DNA of 64,000 bases, from assembly GCF_001194135.2 (NCBI RefSeq), contig NC_068984.1, forward strand, positions 117,923,984 through 117,987,983. Reading direction: 5' to 3'. The stretch comes from Octopus bimaculoides (lineage: Eukaryota). Positions 1 to 12,875 of the stretch are shown piece by piece. Position 1 is the stretch's first letter. Each line of letters starts with the position of its first letter. The notes beneath the pieces were generated by a model. The model searched no databases, was not told the DNA's origin, and was given only the letters and a program-made list of their open reading frames with translations. The translations under genes were made by a program, and so were the position numbers.

Positions 1-403
1 TACATACACACCTACATACATACATACATACATACATACATACATTTGCACACAAAGATACTACAGTAGAATTTGTGGAGGGGAATTCAGAGTCGCTGCC
101 TCACTGAGAGCTTCCTGTTACTATTCTGGTCTCTAATACTAAAATATAACAGAATGTCAGAAAGTCAAAATCTGCAACACAGAGAATGGCGCCAACTGAT
201 GTGCTTATTCAGAGAATAAATTTGGGGAGAATTCCTAAGTGTTACACTGGACCTATCTTCATTCAACTCTAATACTCTGTTATCTATATTTTCTTTAGTA
301 GCAACTGCTGATAACCTAGAATTAACAATAAAAGGATATGTGTGTAAGCATGTATCTGTGCCTGCCTGAGCTGTGTGAATATGAAATGATACACATACAC
401 ACA

Positions 404-405
<2 letters not shown>

Positions 406-468
<63 letters not shown>
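406..468. repeat. (TA)n microsatellite
   Basis: Direct reading. Confidence 0.95.
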
Positions 469-475
<7 letters not shown>

Positions 476-2944
476 TGTATGTACGTCTGTATGCATATTT
501 ATATATGTGTGTGTATAGGCATGTGTGTATGTATGTATTTACATGTAATATGTATACATATACATAAATACATATGTGTGTATTGCATGCAGTAGCTAAG
601 AAAAAGCTTGGTTTGTTTTACCCAGAAGACAACACTGAATAATACATGATTCAACGGTGTGACTCACACTGAAAGCAAAGTAGGTAGACATTATATAACA
701 CTTGATACTAAATTACTAAATGACTAAATGATGTACTTAATCCTCTGGAGCTCTGGAATCAACCGACTAACTAATTTCAGTAACTTCTACAGGAGTACAT
801 TGCAGATACTGCCTTCCATGTCAGAAACTCTAGTGGCTTCTCTACAAAGAATCCACATTGTTTTCTCTATTTCTATTTTCACCGACAAGTCTAAACTCTG
901 CGAGCTTTGCTTTCATGTTAGTTTTGAGATAATCACTCTCAGAAATCGATGAAAATGCTGACTCACATTCAAAGACATTATTGCAATGTTTCTCTTTTTT
1001 TTTTACTTATATTTTTATTTCAGTTTTCTACCCTTATCTTCCTTTTAAATTATTACATCATCGTCGTGGTTATCATCGTCAGATGGTAATGTCTAACTGA
1101 CTGATATGTCAAAGGAGCATTGAACTACAAGTTGAATGATTGGTGGTTTGTATCCTATCGATCATTTCTATGTAGACTGAAGTGGACACAGCATAGCTGA
1201 ACAGTTAAGTGGTTTCTTAGCAACAATGAGGTTGTGAGTTCAGTCCTTCTATGTGGCATCTTGGACATGTATTTCTTATCATCATCTCAGGTTCAACCAA
1301 ATTTTGTAAAGGAAACTAAGTACATAGAAACTTTAGGGAAACAGGGTTGTCTTGTCAGCATTATAGCTCTCATGCATTGAAATGCATAGAGAGCCGGGGC
1401 TGTAGTATTTATTTTTTTACAACAAATCTCAACATACATGGTTTAACATTGAAGCTCTTTAACATATAGACTCTTTTGGCAACTGGTCAGTATACTGATG
1501 TACCGATGCTTTAAGACATCACTATAAGGAAGTCCAATGGATAGATTGTACTGACCAGTGTACTCATGCTCTTTTGTAGCAAACCAGAACATATATAGCT
1601 TAGCACTGAAGTCTCAAATAAACTAAGACCTCTCAGCAACTGGTCAGTATACTGATGTACTTATGCTTTAAGACATATCTATATGGAAGTCCAGTGGATG
1701 GATTGTACTTGTGATTAAAGGTCCAACATTGTTTCACAGTGTCCTACTGATTCTGACCGTGGATTACGTTGTACACACGTATGTGGAGTATGTAGCCATT
1801 AATATATTAAATCATTGAGCTCGTTGATACTCCTGATGATCAAACAACTGAAAACTCAGCATTGCTGAAATTGATGGCTATCCACATATTTTTACTTACT
1901 TACAGCCAGTATTGATTGCCAAAGCATTTAACAGGACATAGTTTCTTGTCTATAAAAAAAAAAAAGCCTTTGCACATGCACATAACATATACAAAAGAAA
2001 CTCACTACAAAATGTTTTTTTGGCAAGATACAACAAAAGTTAACGAGCAGAGGAAATATCAGAGGAGTGTATATTGGATATACTTGAGTGGGTGGGAGTG
2101 GCATGCATATAATTAGCTACTTTGGAAATAAGTGGACTCAGATGCTGAGCATTAAGTACCATGTTGATGGACACCATACAGTGGCAATGCCAAAACAAAA
2201 AAGATCTACCACTCACTGACAGCTGTTTCATTAGTTAACCTGTTGACTTGGAAATTAACACACTCATTAGGTATGTAAATGGTTATCCATACCACATAGT
2301 GACCAGCTCTTCATGTGCATGAGGATTTTAATGGAATTGATCACTAATTCTAAATGAAATTCCAGTAAATACAAGATTTCTACTTCTTCATTTGTAGAGA
2401 AATGAGTAGCTTGGATGGCTTCGGGCACATCCCTTTCTTTGACTGGTTAAACTATAGTTAGAGCATAATCTGTTAAAAATTAGCATTTTTAAAGCACTAA
2501 TTATGACAGAATTAATCTCTCTTTGAACTTCACTCAGCTGTTGCTAATGAGCTCCCACTGGATTCATTATTAGAATAAAATGTTAATTAAACTATTTCAG
2601 AAAGTAAATATGCATGTTTATGCATGTATATACATATGTTGTGCATATTTGTGAGTATATGCTACAAATTTAAAGAATTATTATTCAAATGTTGGCAAAA
2701 ATGGCTCATGACACATTTTTCCAGCACTTTTAAGTTCTGAGTTCAAATCCCATTGAGACCAGCCTTATCATTTCGCCATTCATCTCCCTAGGATCAATAC
2801 GACAAAGTATCAACCAAGTGTTGAGATTGCTCTTATTGGCTTAATTCCCCCCCTTAAAATTGCTGGTCTGGTGCTGAAAGCAGATCATGTGTGTATGTAT
2901 GTATGTATGTATGTATGTATGTGTATAGGTATCTGATATATGTT

Positions 2945-3290
2945 GAGAAGGTATGCGGCTTAGTTAGGATGTTGACTCATGATCGTAAGATTGTGGTTTC
3001 ATATTCCTAGAGCAGGTGATATGCTGTGCTTTTAAACAAAACACTTCATTTCATGTGGCTCCAGTCCACTCAGCAAGCAAAACTGAGTAATCCTATGACG
3101 GACCAATCTATCTCTCAGTTTGGTGGTGAAGGAAGTTGATCAAGATGGTTTGGCAAATTACAGAATATAGTATTCACAATGAGTTTCATATTTACAACCC
3201 ATGAGATATGAAACATCAATGGGAAAATATATGCACCATGGAAACCAGGAAACCAGCCCTATGGGGCTATATGACTCAGGAAGACTCTAT
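2945..3290 (+). mobile_element. CORE tRNA-SINE, head A + tail Y, containing a 116-bp foreign insert
   Basis: Homology to 8698-8935 on both sides of 3104-3219. Confidence 0.8.
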
Positions 3291-3495
3291 ATATTATATA
3301 TGTATTTGTGTGTGTGTGTGTTTGTTGGTTTGTATGTACAATTAGCTTTACAGTCTTCAGAGAACAAGATAATAGTTGTTTGTGATGTTCATGCCTTCCA
3401 CAGAAGTGTTAGTGATGCATGGAAAATGGAGTAGATTTGGAGCCAAGTCAAATAACAAGACATAAGCTCAACAGAACCTCTATTCTAGGAAACTT

Positions 3496-3541
<46 letters not shown>

Positions 3542-3905
3542 GGAAACTGACTCACAATACAAGTTACTTGGAATACATTAATTTGTAGAGCTAATTAATC
3601 GCTCTCAGCCCAAGTTTTAGAAAACAACCTTCAAAATCCAAGGAAGATCACACACAACATCTGGCTTTCATATGTCTAATGAAGCAATGATATGCTCTCA
3701 TGTTCAAATAGGAAGCTGTGGAGATGATCTTGGCATCCGGAAGAAAGTATAGCAATACGTTTCTCACAATCTATCTCTCAGTTTGGTGGTGAAGGAAGTT
3801 GATCAAGATGGTTTGGCAAATTACAGAATATAGTATTCACAATGAGTTTCATATTTACAACCCATGAGATATGAAACATCAAGGAGAATGCAGTATATTC
3901 ATAGC

Positions 3906-4267
3906 CAGAGTTGCCTTAGCAGAATTTGTAGGCCCACGGGCCTACAATCAATGCACTGGGCCCTATATGGGGGTGGGGGTGGGGCAGAATAGTTCCTGGC
4001 TTTAAAGGTATTGTGAAAGGCCTAGTTGGAAGCCTAACCTTCTGAGTTCTTTTACGGGGCTTAGAAAAACTGAAGGGGTAAAATGCTGAATAAAATCATA
4101 ATTAACTGATCATCCTGTATTTTTTTTTTTTTACCCAAAGCCAGGAACCCCTCATAGTATATTTTTATTGACAGTAAGCTACAACGTACATAGGTCTAAA
4201 TTGAGCCCTAGACTCAAGAGGCCTCTGGATAACTGCCCAATATTTCCATACCTTAAGACAGTTCCTG
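3906..4267. mobile_element. Old hAT-type MITE
   Basis: Degenerate termini CAGAGTTGCCTTAG / CTTAAGACAGTTCCTG; 8-bp TSD-like TTCATAGC / CTCATGGC (2 mismatches). Confidence 0.5.
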
Positions 4268-5326
4268 CTCATGGCTACTGTACTATGGATAGTCATATAC
4301 ACATATTGACACAAGATCTAGCAAAGTAGCATAACACATTTATTAACTCAACCTGTTCTTTGTAACAACCATATCTTTCTCAATATATTCCTTAATATCA
4401 TTAACACTTTTACTGTGGAAATCAGATCCATCCCCTCAAAAGTTTATTACCCTTAACTGCGGAAAGCAGTTTTATATAACCCGATCTATCTTTTGATGAG
4501 GAATGTCATGTTTGAACCTATTTTATATCTCTTATTTTGTATCTTTTACTTGTTTCAGTCATTAGACTGTGGCCATGCTGGGGCACTGTCTCAAAAAGAT
4601 TTTAGTCGAACGAATCGACCACAGTACTTTTTTTAAAGTTTGGTACTTATTCAATCGGTTTCTTTTGCCAAACTACTTTTAAGATAAGTTCATTGACCCA
4701 ACATGACTTGAAGAAAATACCAATTCTATTTTTTTGATAGATATTTAATATCATTACTAGAATAACCTCAAAATTTAGTGTCACAGTTTTAGGGTTAACA
4801 CTTTTCTGACCATGCTTTTTAAAAGAACATACTACCAGTTCATTGCAGAGAATTCTCAAACTAAAGAATTATTTGAAAAGGCTAGTAAATTAATTGTAAC
4901 TAATTAATTATAATTAAACTGGTATTTACAATTTATCAATGATGATGATGATGAGGATGATAAAAGAACAAATATTTACAATTGGAACATCATATTGTAA
5001 TTTATGTAGAAACAATATATTGGTTGACATTTCAATTTTATAAAAGGAAAGAACATTTTAATACAAATGGCTCTGGTTAGGATGGCAAAACATGAGACCA
5101 AAGGGAAATCTTAGGTTGTGTGAAGGTATTTATATGGCTTAAAATAACCTCTGCTGATGTCATATAAAAGCACCCAGTACACTCTAAAATCGCCAGTGTT
5201 AAGAAGGGCATCCAGCTAAAATAGACATCTGGAGTCTGGTGCAACCCTCCAGCATGCCAGCTCCTGTCAAACAGTCCAACCCATGCCAGCATGGAAAATG
5301 GGTGTTAAATGATGATAATGTATGTA

Positions 5327-5359
<33 letters not shown>

Positions 5360-5502
5360 NNNNNNNNNNNNNNNNNNNNNNNNNNNNNNNNNNNNNNNNN
5401 NNNNNNNNNNNNNNNNNNNNNNNNNNNNNNNNNNNNNNNNNNNNNNNNNNNNNNNNNNNNNNNNNNNNNNNNNNNNNNNNNNNNNNNNNNNNNNNNNNNN
5501 NN

Positions 5503-5533
<31 letters not shown>

Positions 5534-5858
5534 ACCATGTGTGTGTATATATATAAATATAAACATGTGTGTGTATATAAACATACATATATGTATATCT
5601 ATACACACACACACATGCATGTATATTAAGTTACTTTGAAGTCACATTAAGTGAGTTTTACATGTTAAAGTATACAAACATATATGAATTTATGCTCCTG
5701 CTACAATGGGCTTGGAATGAAAACTAAGCTGAGAAGTAAGTTAATACAGTTCATTGCTGAAAGTTCTGAGAAAACTGCAGCTGCAAAAGGCTATCTTTAT
5801 GCTATATCACTGGTATTTGTTAGCTCATCTGCTGTCTGTGTTACCATTACTGCTGCTG

Positions 5859-5897
<39 letters not shown>

Positions 5898-6689
5898 GTA
5901 GCAGCTAAATATGCATGTTAATACAACTTGGTGCTAAACACCGATTGGTTGTTAGAAATAGCTGATGTATAATGTTACTGCCCCAGCTATTGCCATTAGC
6001 TTGCACCGCTGTCAGTGAATAGACATGCCTGTGGATACATTCGATGGCTGTAAGTCAAATCTCTGAGTACATATTTCCCTCACTGGCATACCACTGCCAT
6101 AGTCTTCTCTTTACTGTGAGATTAACATCCATACTGCCTGTTGCTATCAATCTCATTCCAATTTTGGGTCAGCAGTACCACACTGGTGAGAAACTGTAGA
6201 TATAGTTGTTGTTTGTCTAAACCAAAAATATATCAGGACCATAGAAAAAAAAATGTTAAAATCTCTGGTGTACAAGGTTTGCAATGCACTTTTGATTTGT
6301 GGCTGTAGCTTCACCCATTTTATGTATTATTATACCATTAATCCAGCCATTTTCTCTGCCCACTATACCTGGGAGGATTGTGAAGTTAGAGTTCCCAGGT
6401 ACTTCCCCCATAGGTCATATCAGAAGAATCCGTTGTTACACTTTCAGGCCAGATTCTCAAATGTCACCAACTGAGACTATCGATATTATCCAACAATCTC
6501 ATTCTTAGTCTACTCCTAAGTCTCCAGCCAGATGGCTTCACTTGAAGAATCTGTCTAGCAATTCCATTAATGTACTTGGAACAAAAGTAGAGAATCACAA
6601 TTCATATTTATAATTCTGTAGCAATGCTAAGACTGATTTCTTAGCTATGTATACATCTTAACAAATATCAAATAATTTACTATAGAGAT

Positions 6690-6848
6690 GCAGGAGTGGC
6701 TGTGTGGTAAGTAGCTTGCTAACAAACCACATGGCTCTGGGTTCAGTCCCACTGCATGGCACCTTGGGCAAGTGTCTTCTACGATAGCTTCAGGCTGAAC
6801 AAAGTCTTGTGAGTGGATTTGGTAGACGGAAACTGAAAGAAGCCCATC

Positions 6849-6850
<2 letters not shown>
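6690..6850 (+). mobile_element. SINE family A, 5' half
   Basis: Homology to 19640-20070. Confidence 0.85.
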
Positions 6851-6879
<29 letters not shown>

Positions 6880-7105
6880 TATANNNNNNNNNNNNNNNNN
6901 NNNNNNNNNNNNNNNNNNNNNNNNNNNNNNNNNNNNNNNNNNNNNNNNNNNNNNNNNNNNNNNNNNNNNNNNNNNNNNNNNNNNNNNNNNNNNNNNNNNN
7001 NNNNNNNNNNNNNNNNNNNNNNNNNNNNNNNNNNNNNNNNNNNNNNNNNNNNNNNNNNNNNNNNNNNNNNNNNNNNNNNNNNNNNNNNNNNNNNNNNNNN
7101 NNNNN

Positions 7106-7139
<34 letters not shown>

Positions 7140-7145
<6 letters not shown>

Positions 7146-7300
7146 GCTTCTTTTAGTTTCCATCTACCAAATCCACTTACAAGTGTTTGGTTGGCCTGAA
7201 GATATATTAGAAGACACTTGCCCATGGTTCCACAGAGTGGGACTGTACCCAGAACCATGCAATTGGGTAGCAAACTGCTTATGACATAGCCTTGACTACA
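7140..7300 (-). mobile_element. SINE family A, 5' half (inverted relative to 6690-6850)
   Basis: Homology to 19640-20070. Confidence 0.8.
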
Positions 7301-7312
7301 CCTATTCATACA

Positions 7313-7346
<34 letters not shown>

Positions 7347-7561
7347 AATGAATGTGTATGTATATGTGTTTTTACTGACATAATTTCGTTGTCTTAAGTG
7401 AAAATAAAAATGCAGTTAAGTGTTGTAATTGCCTGTACAAATACATCTTATATATTTGGGTTTTTCTTTTCTTCTTGGTAATTCTTAAGGTAATATTTTT
7501 CTGTGGTTCTTTCATTGTTTTCTGGTCTATCGATTTAGTGGACAATTAAATTACCAGTGTT

Positions 7562-7647
7562 TATGTATGTATGTATGTATGTATGTATGTATGTATGTAT
7601 GTATGTATGTATGTATGTATGTATGTGTATGTATGTATGTATGTATG

Positions 7648-7678
<31 letters not shown>

Positions 7679-7748
7679 AGCTATCTAACTAAACTTCTAT
7701 GTATCTATTTATCTATCTGTGTCTGTCTGTCTATCTATCTAACCATCC

Positions 7749-7805
<57 letters not shown>

Positions 7806-7807
7806 AC
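7562..7807. repeat. Compound (TATG)n(TATC)n microsatellite
   Basis: Direct reading. Confidence 0.95.
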
Positions 7808-8400
7808 TATTGACCAGCCTGTCCATTCCTCCATCCATGCATTCATTGGTCCATCTGTCTGCCTGCCTGCCTGTCTGTGTCTCTCTCTATCTATTTATCT
7901 TAAACATTTTGTTATTACCTGCTCTTAGCATTACTGAGACCACCACCACCACCAACATCAACAACAACAACAACAACATCACCACTACCACCACCAACAC
8001 CAACACCAACCAACACAGCCATCATCCTCAGTGTCCTACGAGAAAAGTTTCAAGACAAAAACACAAAAAAAAAAAAAAGAATCTAGCCAACGCAATTTGT
8101 TCATTGCCTCACCTACCCCCTTTCCACCCATTTCATTTCAAATTATGCAACAGGCAGTCTTTTTCTTCTTTTTTTTTTCCAGGTCTGTAGAGTCTATTGT
8201 TGTAAAAACCTTGTGTACTAAGTAGACGTAATGTAACTTATTAATACATAAATTAAACAAGCAGACATCATCAGTGAATGGATCAATATACTCGATCATA
8301 AAATTTATAATAGAAATTTGTTAAGAACATCTATAGTCTGTATAATAATGGTTCAGCTGCTGGAAATTCTTGAACAACAATGAACAACGAAGCACTGGTT

Positions 8401-8432
<32 letters not shown>

Positions 8433-8609
8433 GGCAGAGGCGGTGGTTGCATTGGTGGTGGTGGTGGTGGTGGATGTGATTGTGGTGGAGAGGAGCAAAG
8501 GGTTTATTTCATATTATTTCTTTTTCCCCTTTTTTTCCCCATTTTTCCCCTTTTTTTCCCCATTTTTCCCCTTTTTTTTTTCTTCCACCTGCTCATCTCT
8601 GCTTTTCAT

Positions 8610-8645
<36 letters not shown>

Positions 8646-8697
8646 CTTGTCTTATTTCATTCTTCTTCATTAATTCATCTGGTACCACCACCTTTTT

Positions 8698-8935
8698 TGT
8701 GGAGGCAGGTGGCTTAGTGGTTAAGGGTGTCGGAATCATGACTGTAAGATTGTGGTTTCGATTCCTGGACCAGGCAACGTGTTGTGTTCTTGAGCAAAAC
8801 ACTTCATTTCACGTCTACTCAGGTAACAAAAATGAGTAATCTTGTGATGGACCAGTGTCTTGTCCAGGTGGGGAGTATATGCACCATGGAAACCAGGAAA
8901 CCAGCCGTTATGAGTTGGTATGACTGGAGAAAGTA
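8698..8935 (+). mobile_element. CORE tRNA-SINE, head A + tail Y
   Basis: GGCTTAGTGGTTAAGG..GGTTTCGATTCC..GTTCTTGAGCAAAACACTT..GAAACCAGGAAACC..(TTACC)n tail. Confidence 0.85.
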
Positions 8936-9499
8936 ACTTTACCTTACCTTACCTACCACCACCTTTTTCACTTATGAAAATAACCTCCCTGCCACAGAAA
9001 GCTCCACACACACACACACACACACACACACTCATGCACAGAAGCACACACATGCACACATATATGTATACAAACACACATGCTAGAATAACAAGCCGTT
9101 AAAAATTTTTTTTTTTTAATTGTTGTTATTTAATATCACCTCATCCCTGACAGGTCCTGTCTGGATTAAGCAGAGCTATAATGAAAAGCATCCTAAACAT
9201 GGCCATTCCTTCTATTCCCTCAATAGATAGCCCACTTAGAATCACATTATGTAATTTGAATGAGAAAAAAAAATGAGAGATATAGCTGCTATTTCTAGCA
9301 TGTTAAGTGACTACATAGAAGTTACCATATTTGTTTTATATTTACTCTGTTGCTTTGTTTCTCAGGCTTCTTATTAAGGCTTTTTTTTTTCCATCTTATC
9401 TTATATTTTCATTCAATAACACATTTCCTTCTTTTAATTCTTATTCAGAGAGAAGAGGAAGGACAGTGTACATAACTTTACTTTAAATATTTCTTGCAG

Positions 9500-9800
9500 G
9501 TATAGCGAAAAACAAAATATAAATAAATAAACAAGTCCTGGGGTTGATTTGTTTGACTAAAATTCTTCAAGGCAGTTCCCCAGCATGGCCACAGTCTAAT
9601 GACTGAAACATTTGATAGATAACAGATAAAGGATAGGCATGGCTGTGTGGTGAAGAGATGTGCTTTGCAATCATATAGTCTCAGGTTCAGTCCCACTGTA
9701 TGGTATCTTTGGTAAGCAACCTCTACTAGAGTCATAGTCCAACTGATGCTTTGTGAGTGAAACTGGCAGACCGGAACACTGCACAAAAGCCCATCATATG
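9500..9800 (+). mobile_element. SINE family A 3' piece (9500-9630) followed by 5' half (9636-9797)
   Basis: Homology to 19640-20070. Confidence 0.75.
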
Positions 9801-11654
9801 TGTGTGTGTGTGTGCGTGTGTCTGTCTCCAAATCTCTCCATACATTTATGCCATTCACAAAAAAAAAGAGAAAAAATGTCATTGTCCTGTAACTTAGCAA
9901 CAAATATAGATTGTAAAATGAAAGATAATCCAAGGTGAAAGGCAGCAGTCTGCATCGGCAAAGCTTGTATCATTTGAAAAATGCAACAGAAAGTATACAG
10001 TGAAATTGGTTTGAGAAGCAGAGTATGTCTAAGAGAAGCTTAACCAGTTCCTTAAACACAGAAGATGTACAGAACTCTATTGCCTTTTTTCCATTTACTG
10101 CCTGCCATCTTTAAACCCTGAAGATGGGATTCTGCCCAAAACATTAAGTGCTCCTCCCACTTTGGAAATTGCAATATACTCTTTCTGTTACCATTATCAA
10201 CAATTAAAGATTGCTAAAATAATTACCAATCTTTAGAATTAAGTACTAGGTTTGATACAATCAACTAAAATAGCTTTCAAGATAATGCTCCAGTTTGGCT
10301 GCACTGTAATAAATAATAAAGGATAAAGCACCTGTCTGAGTTATATAGATTCATAGGGTCACTTTCCTGGATTCCCGTGTGTATATACTTTCCCTGGATA
10401 GGATGCAAACCCATTACAGCATGAAAGGCAAAGTGAACCTCAGTGGAATTTGAACTCAGAACATAAAGACAGACAAAATGCCATGAAGCATTTTGCCTGA
10501 TAAGCTAATGATTCTGCCAGCTCACCACATTGAAATCCCTGGTGATAGTGATATTTATTCTAGTACCTTAGCTTATGTGTTCAAATCCTGCCAAGATCAA
10601 CTCCAAATTTCATCCTTCTTGCATTCATAAAATAAAATACAGTTTAGAGCAATGAACAGGCAGAAACGCTTACAGGTGCTGTGCAGTGGGGCTGAACCCC
10701 AAACTAAATGGTTGCAATGCAAGCTTCTTAACCACACAGCCACAAAGACCTTTTTCCTTTCTTAGTTTATATGGTTTTTTTCTTGTTTTTTTTTTTTTGT
10801 TTGTGAGCTGTTCATCTATTTTCTGACCTCTTTGACACCCACATATTTGCTGACTTTCTCATTCATTCCACACCAATATTTTACTTTCCCACAACACCAT
10901 CCACCCACCCTCTTGTTCCCCCCACTTCCACACACATACACCAGCAACAATGATGAGCCTTATTATATTTTTTTGTTTCTTGTTTAGCTTGATTTTGTTT
11001 GTTGTTTTTTGTTTTTTGTTGTAGCCTTTTTTTTTCTTTACTTGTCTTGGAAACAAAGTAGCAGTGTTCACTATTTCATTCTATGGTTCATGGTTCTAAC
11101 ACACACACACACACAGAGAGGCATACACACACGCCCACAAGCACACTAATCAAACTAACCATTTATGAAAAGTCAGTACCAAGTACACATCCAATAAGTT
11201 GCATGTCTCTCTCTCTCTCCCCGCCCCATGTGTGTGTATTTACATATGCACATATACTCAAATATACAAAGATATATATATATGTATATATATATGCATA
11301 TATATATACATGCACACACACATATATATACACATATACATAGGTATATATATATATTAAACATTATAAGTACCAGTTCGAGACGGAACAAGACTAACAA
11401 GTATGCTGACAAAAACCCAAGCATGTTTCTATCACCTTTGCCAGGTAATCTTGTTACGTATTGCTCCACAGAGTCTCTCTCGTTCCCACCTAAAATATTA
11501 AATACAGAAATGTTACTTCTACACAAATGTTGCAGCTATTTAACTATTTCTACCTCCACAAATATCCCACTTGTTCCTCATGTAATTTCTCAGTGACATA
11601 AGCTGTAAGTATTTATATACGTGTGTGTGTGTATGCTTATATGTAAACATATAC

Positions 11655-11985
11655 AAGACTGTGTGTGGGTTAATGTCTAGGGTATTCGACTCATAATCAT
11701 AGGTTCATGAGCTCCATTCCTGGTGGCACATTGTGTCCTTGAGCAAGGCACTTTATTTCTTGTTGCTCCAGTCCACTCATCTGATAAAAATGAGTAGTAG
11801 TACTTGTAGCTCAAAGGGCCAGCTTTGTCGCATCCCATGTCATGCTGAATTAACCTGAGAACTACTTTCAGGGTATATGTATTTGTGGAGTGGTCAGCCA
11901 CCTTATGCATTAATTTCATGAGCAGGGGCTGTTTCATTGATCGAATCAACTGAAACCCTTGTCATCATAACTGATGGAGAGCCTG
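11655..11985 (+). mobile_element. CORE tRNA-SINE, head A-like + tail X
   Basis: GTGTCCTTGAGCAAGGCACTT core, then tail CCTGAGAACTAC..GTGGAGT..CAGCCAC..GATCGAATCAACTGAAACCC. Confidence 0.8.
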
Positions 11986-12811
11986 GCCAAACATGTATAG
12001 ATGCACACTTGGTTGTGTGGCAAAACATTTGCTTCGTGTCTTCTGCTGCTGCTCCAGGCTGACCAAAGCCTTGTGGAAGGATTTGGTAAATGGAAACTGA
12101 AAGAAACCCATTATATATCATCATTATCATCATGTAATGAATGGTTGACAGGAGCTGGTAAGCCTGAGAGTTTCTCAGGTTCCAGTTGTCTGTTTTTGCA
12201 TGGTTTCTACAGCTGGATGCCCTTCTAACATCAACCACTTTACAGAGTGTACTGGGTGCTTTTCATGTGGCACCAGCACCAGTGCTTTATACATGGCACC
12301 AGAATGTGTGTGTGTGTCTCCTTGTCATGATATCACATATCAGCTGTAAATGGGTGTCATACAAGCAGTGTCATTAATTCTAAATATTCCACAGCACATC
12401 TCACCATGGAACAAATATTACCTTACTTGGAAACAGGTGAGGGTTAGCAACAGAAAGAGCATCCAGCCATAGTAAATCCACCTCAAACTAAGCTCAACCC
12501 ATGCAAGTAAGGAAAAGTGTATATTAAAATGATGATGATAATGATATAAAGACATACACACACAAACACACACACACACATGCACAAAGGTATATAATGT
12601 TTTTAGAAATATTTCTTGATATCATCACAAGGTTTAAAAACAGATTATCTGAACTCCAAAATTTTTAATTAAATAAAAAGTGTCTTTCAAAATAAAAGGC
12701 AGTAGGGGAATTAACACAGACTTGATGGAAAGAAGTTTTTGTGTATGTGCATACATAGCTATCTAGTTACCCACCTAGCTACCTACATACATAAAAACAT
12801 AGATACACATA

Positions 12812-12875
<64 letters not shown>

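Noticed and set aside
165-1000. Possible exons or pseudogene (LSAVATKENIDNRVLELNEDR; SVKIEIEKTMWILCREATRVSDMEG)
   Set aside because: They are short and stop-interrupted, with no family I can recognise and unconvincing splice sites.
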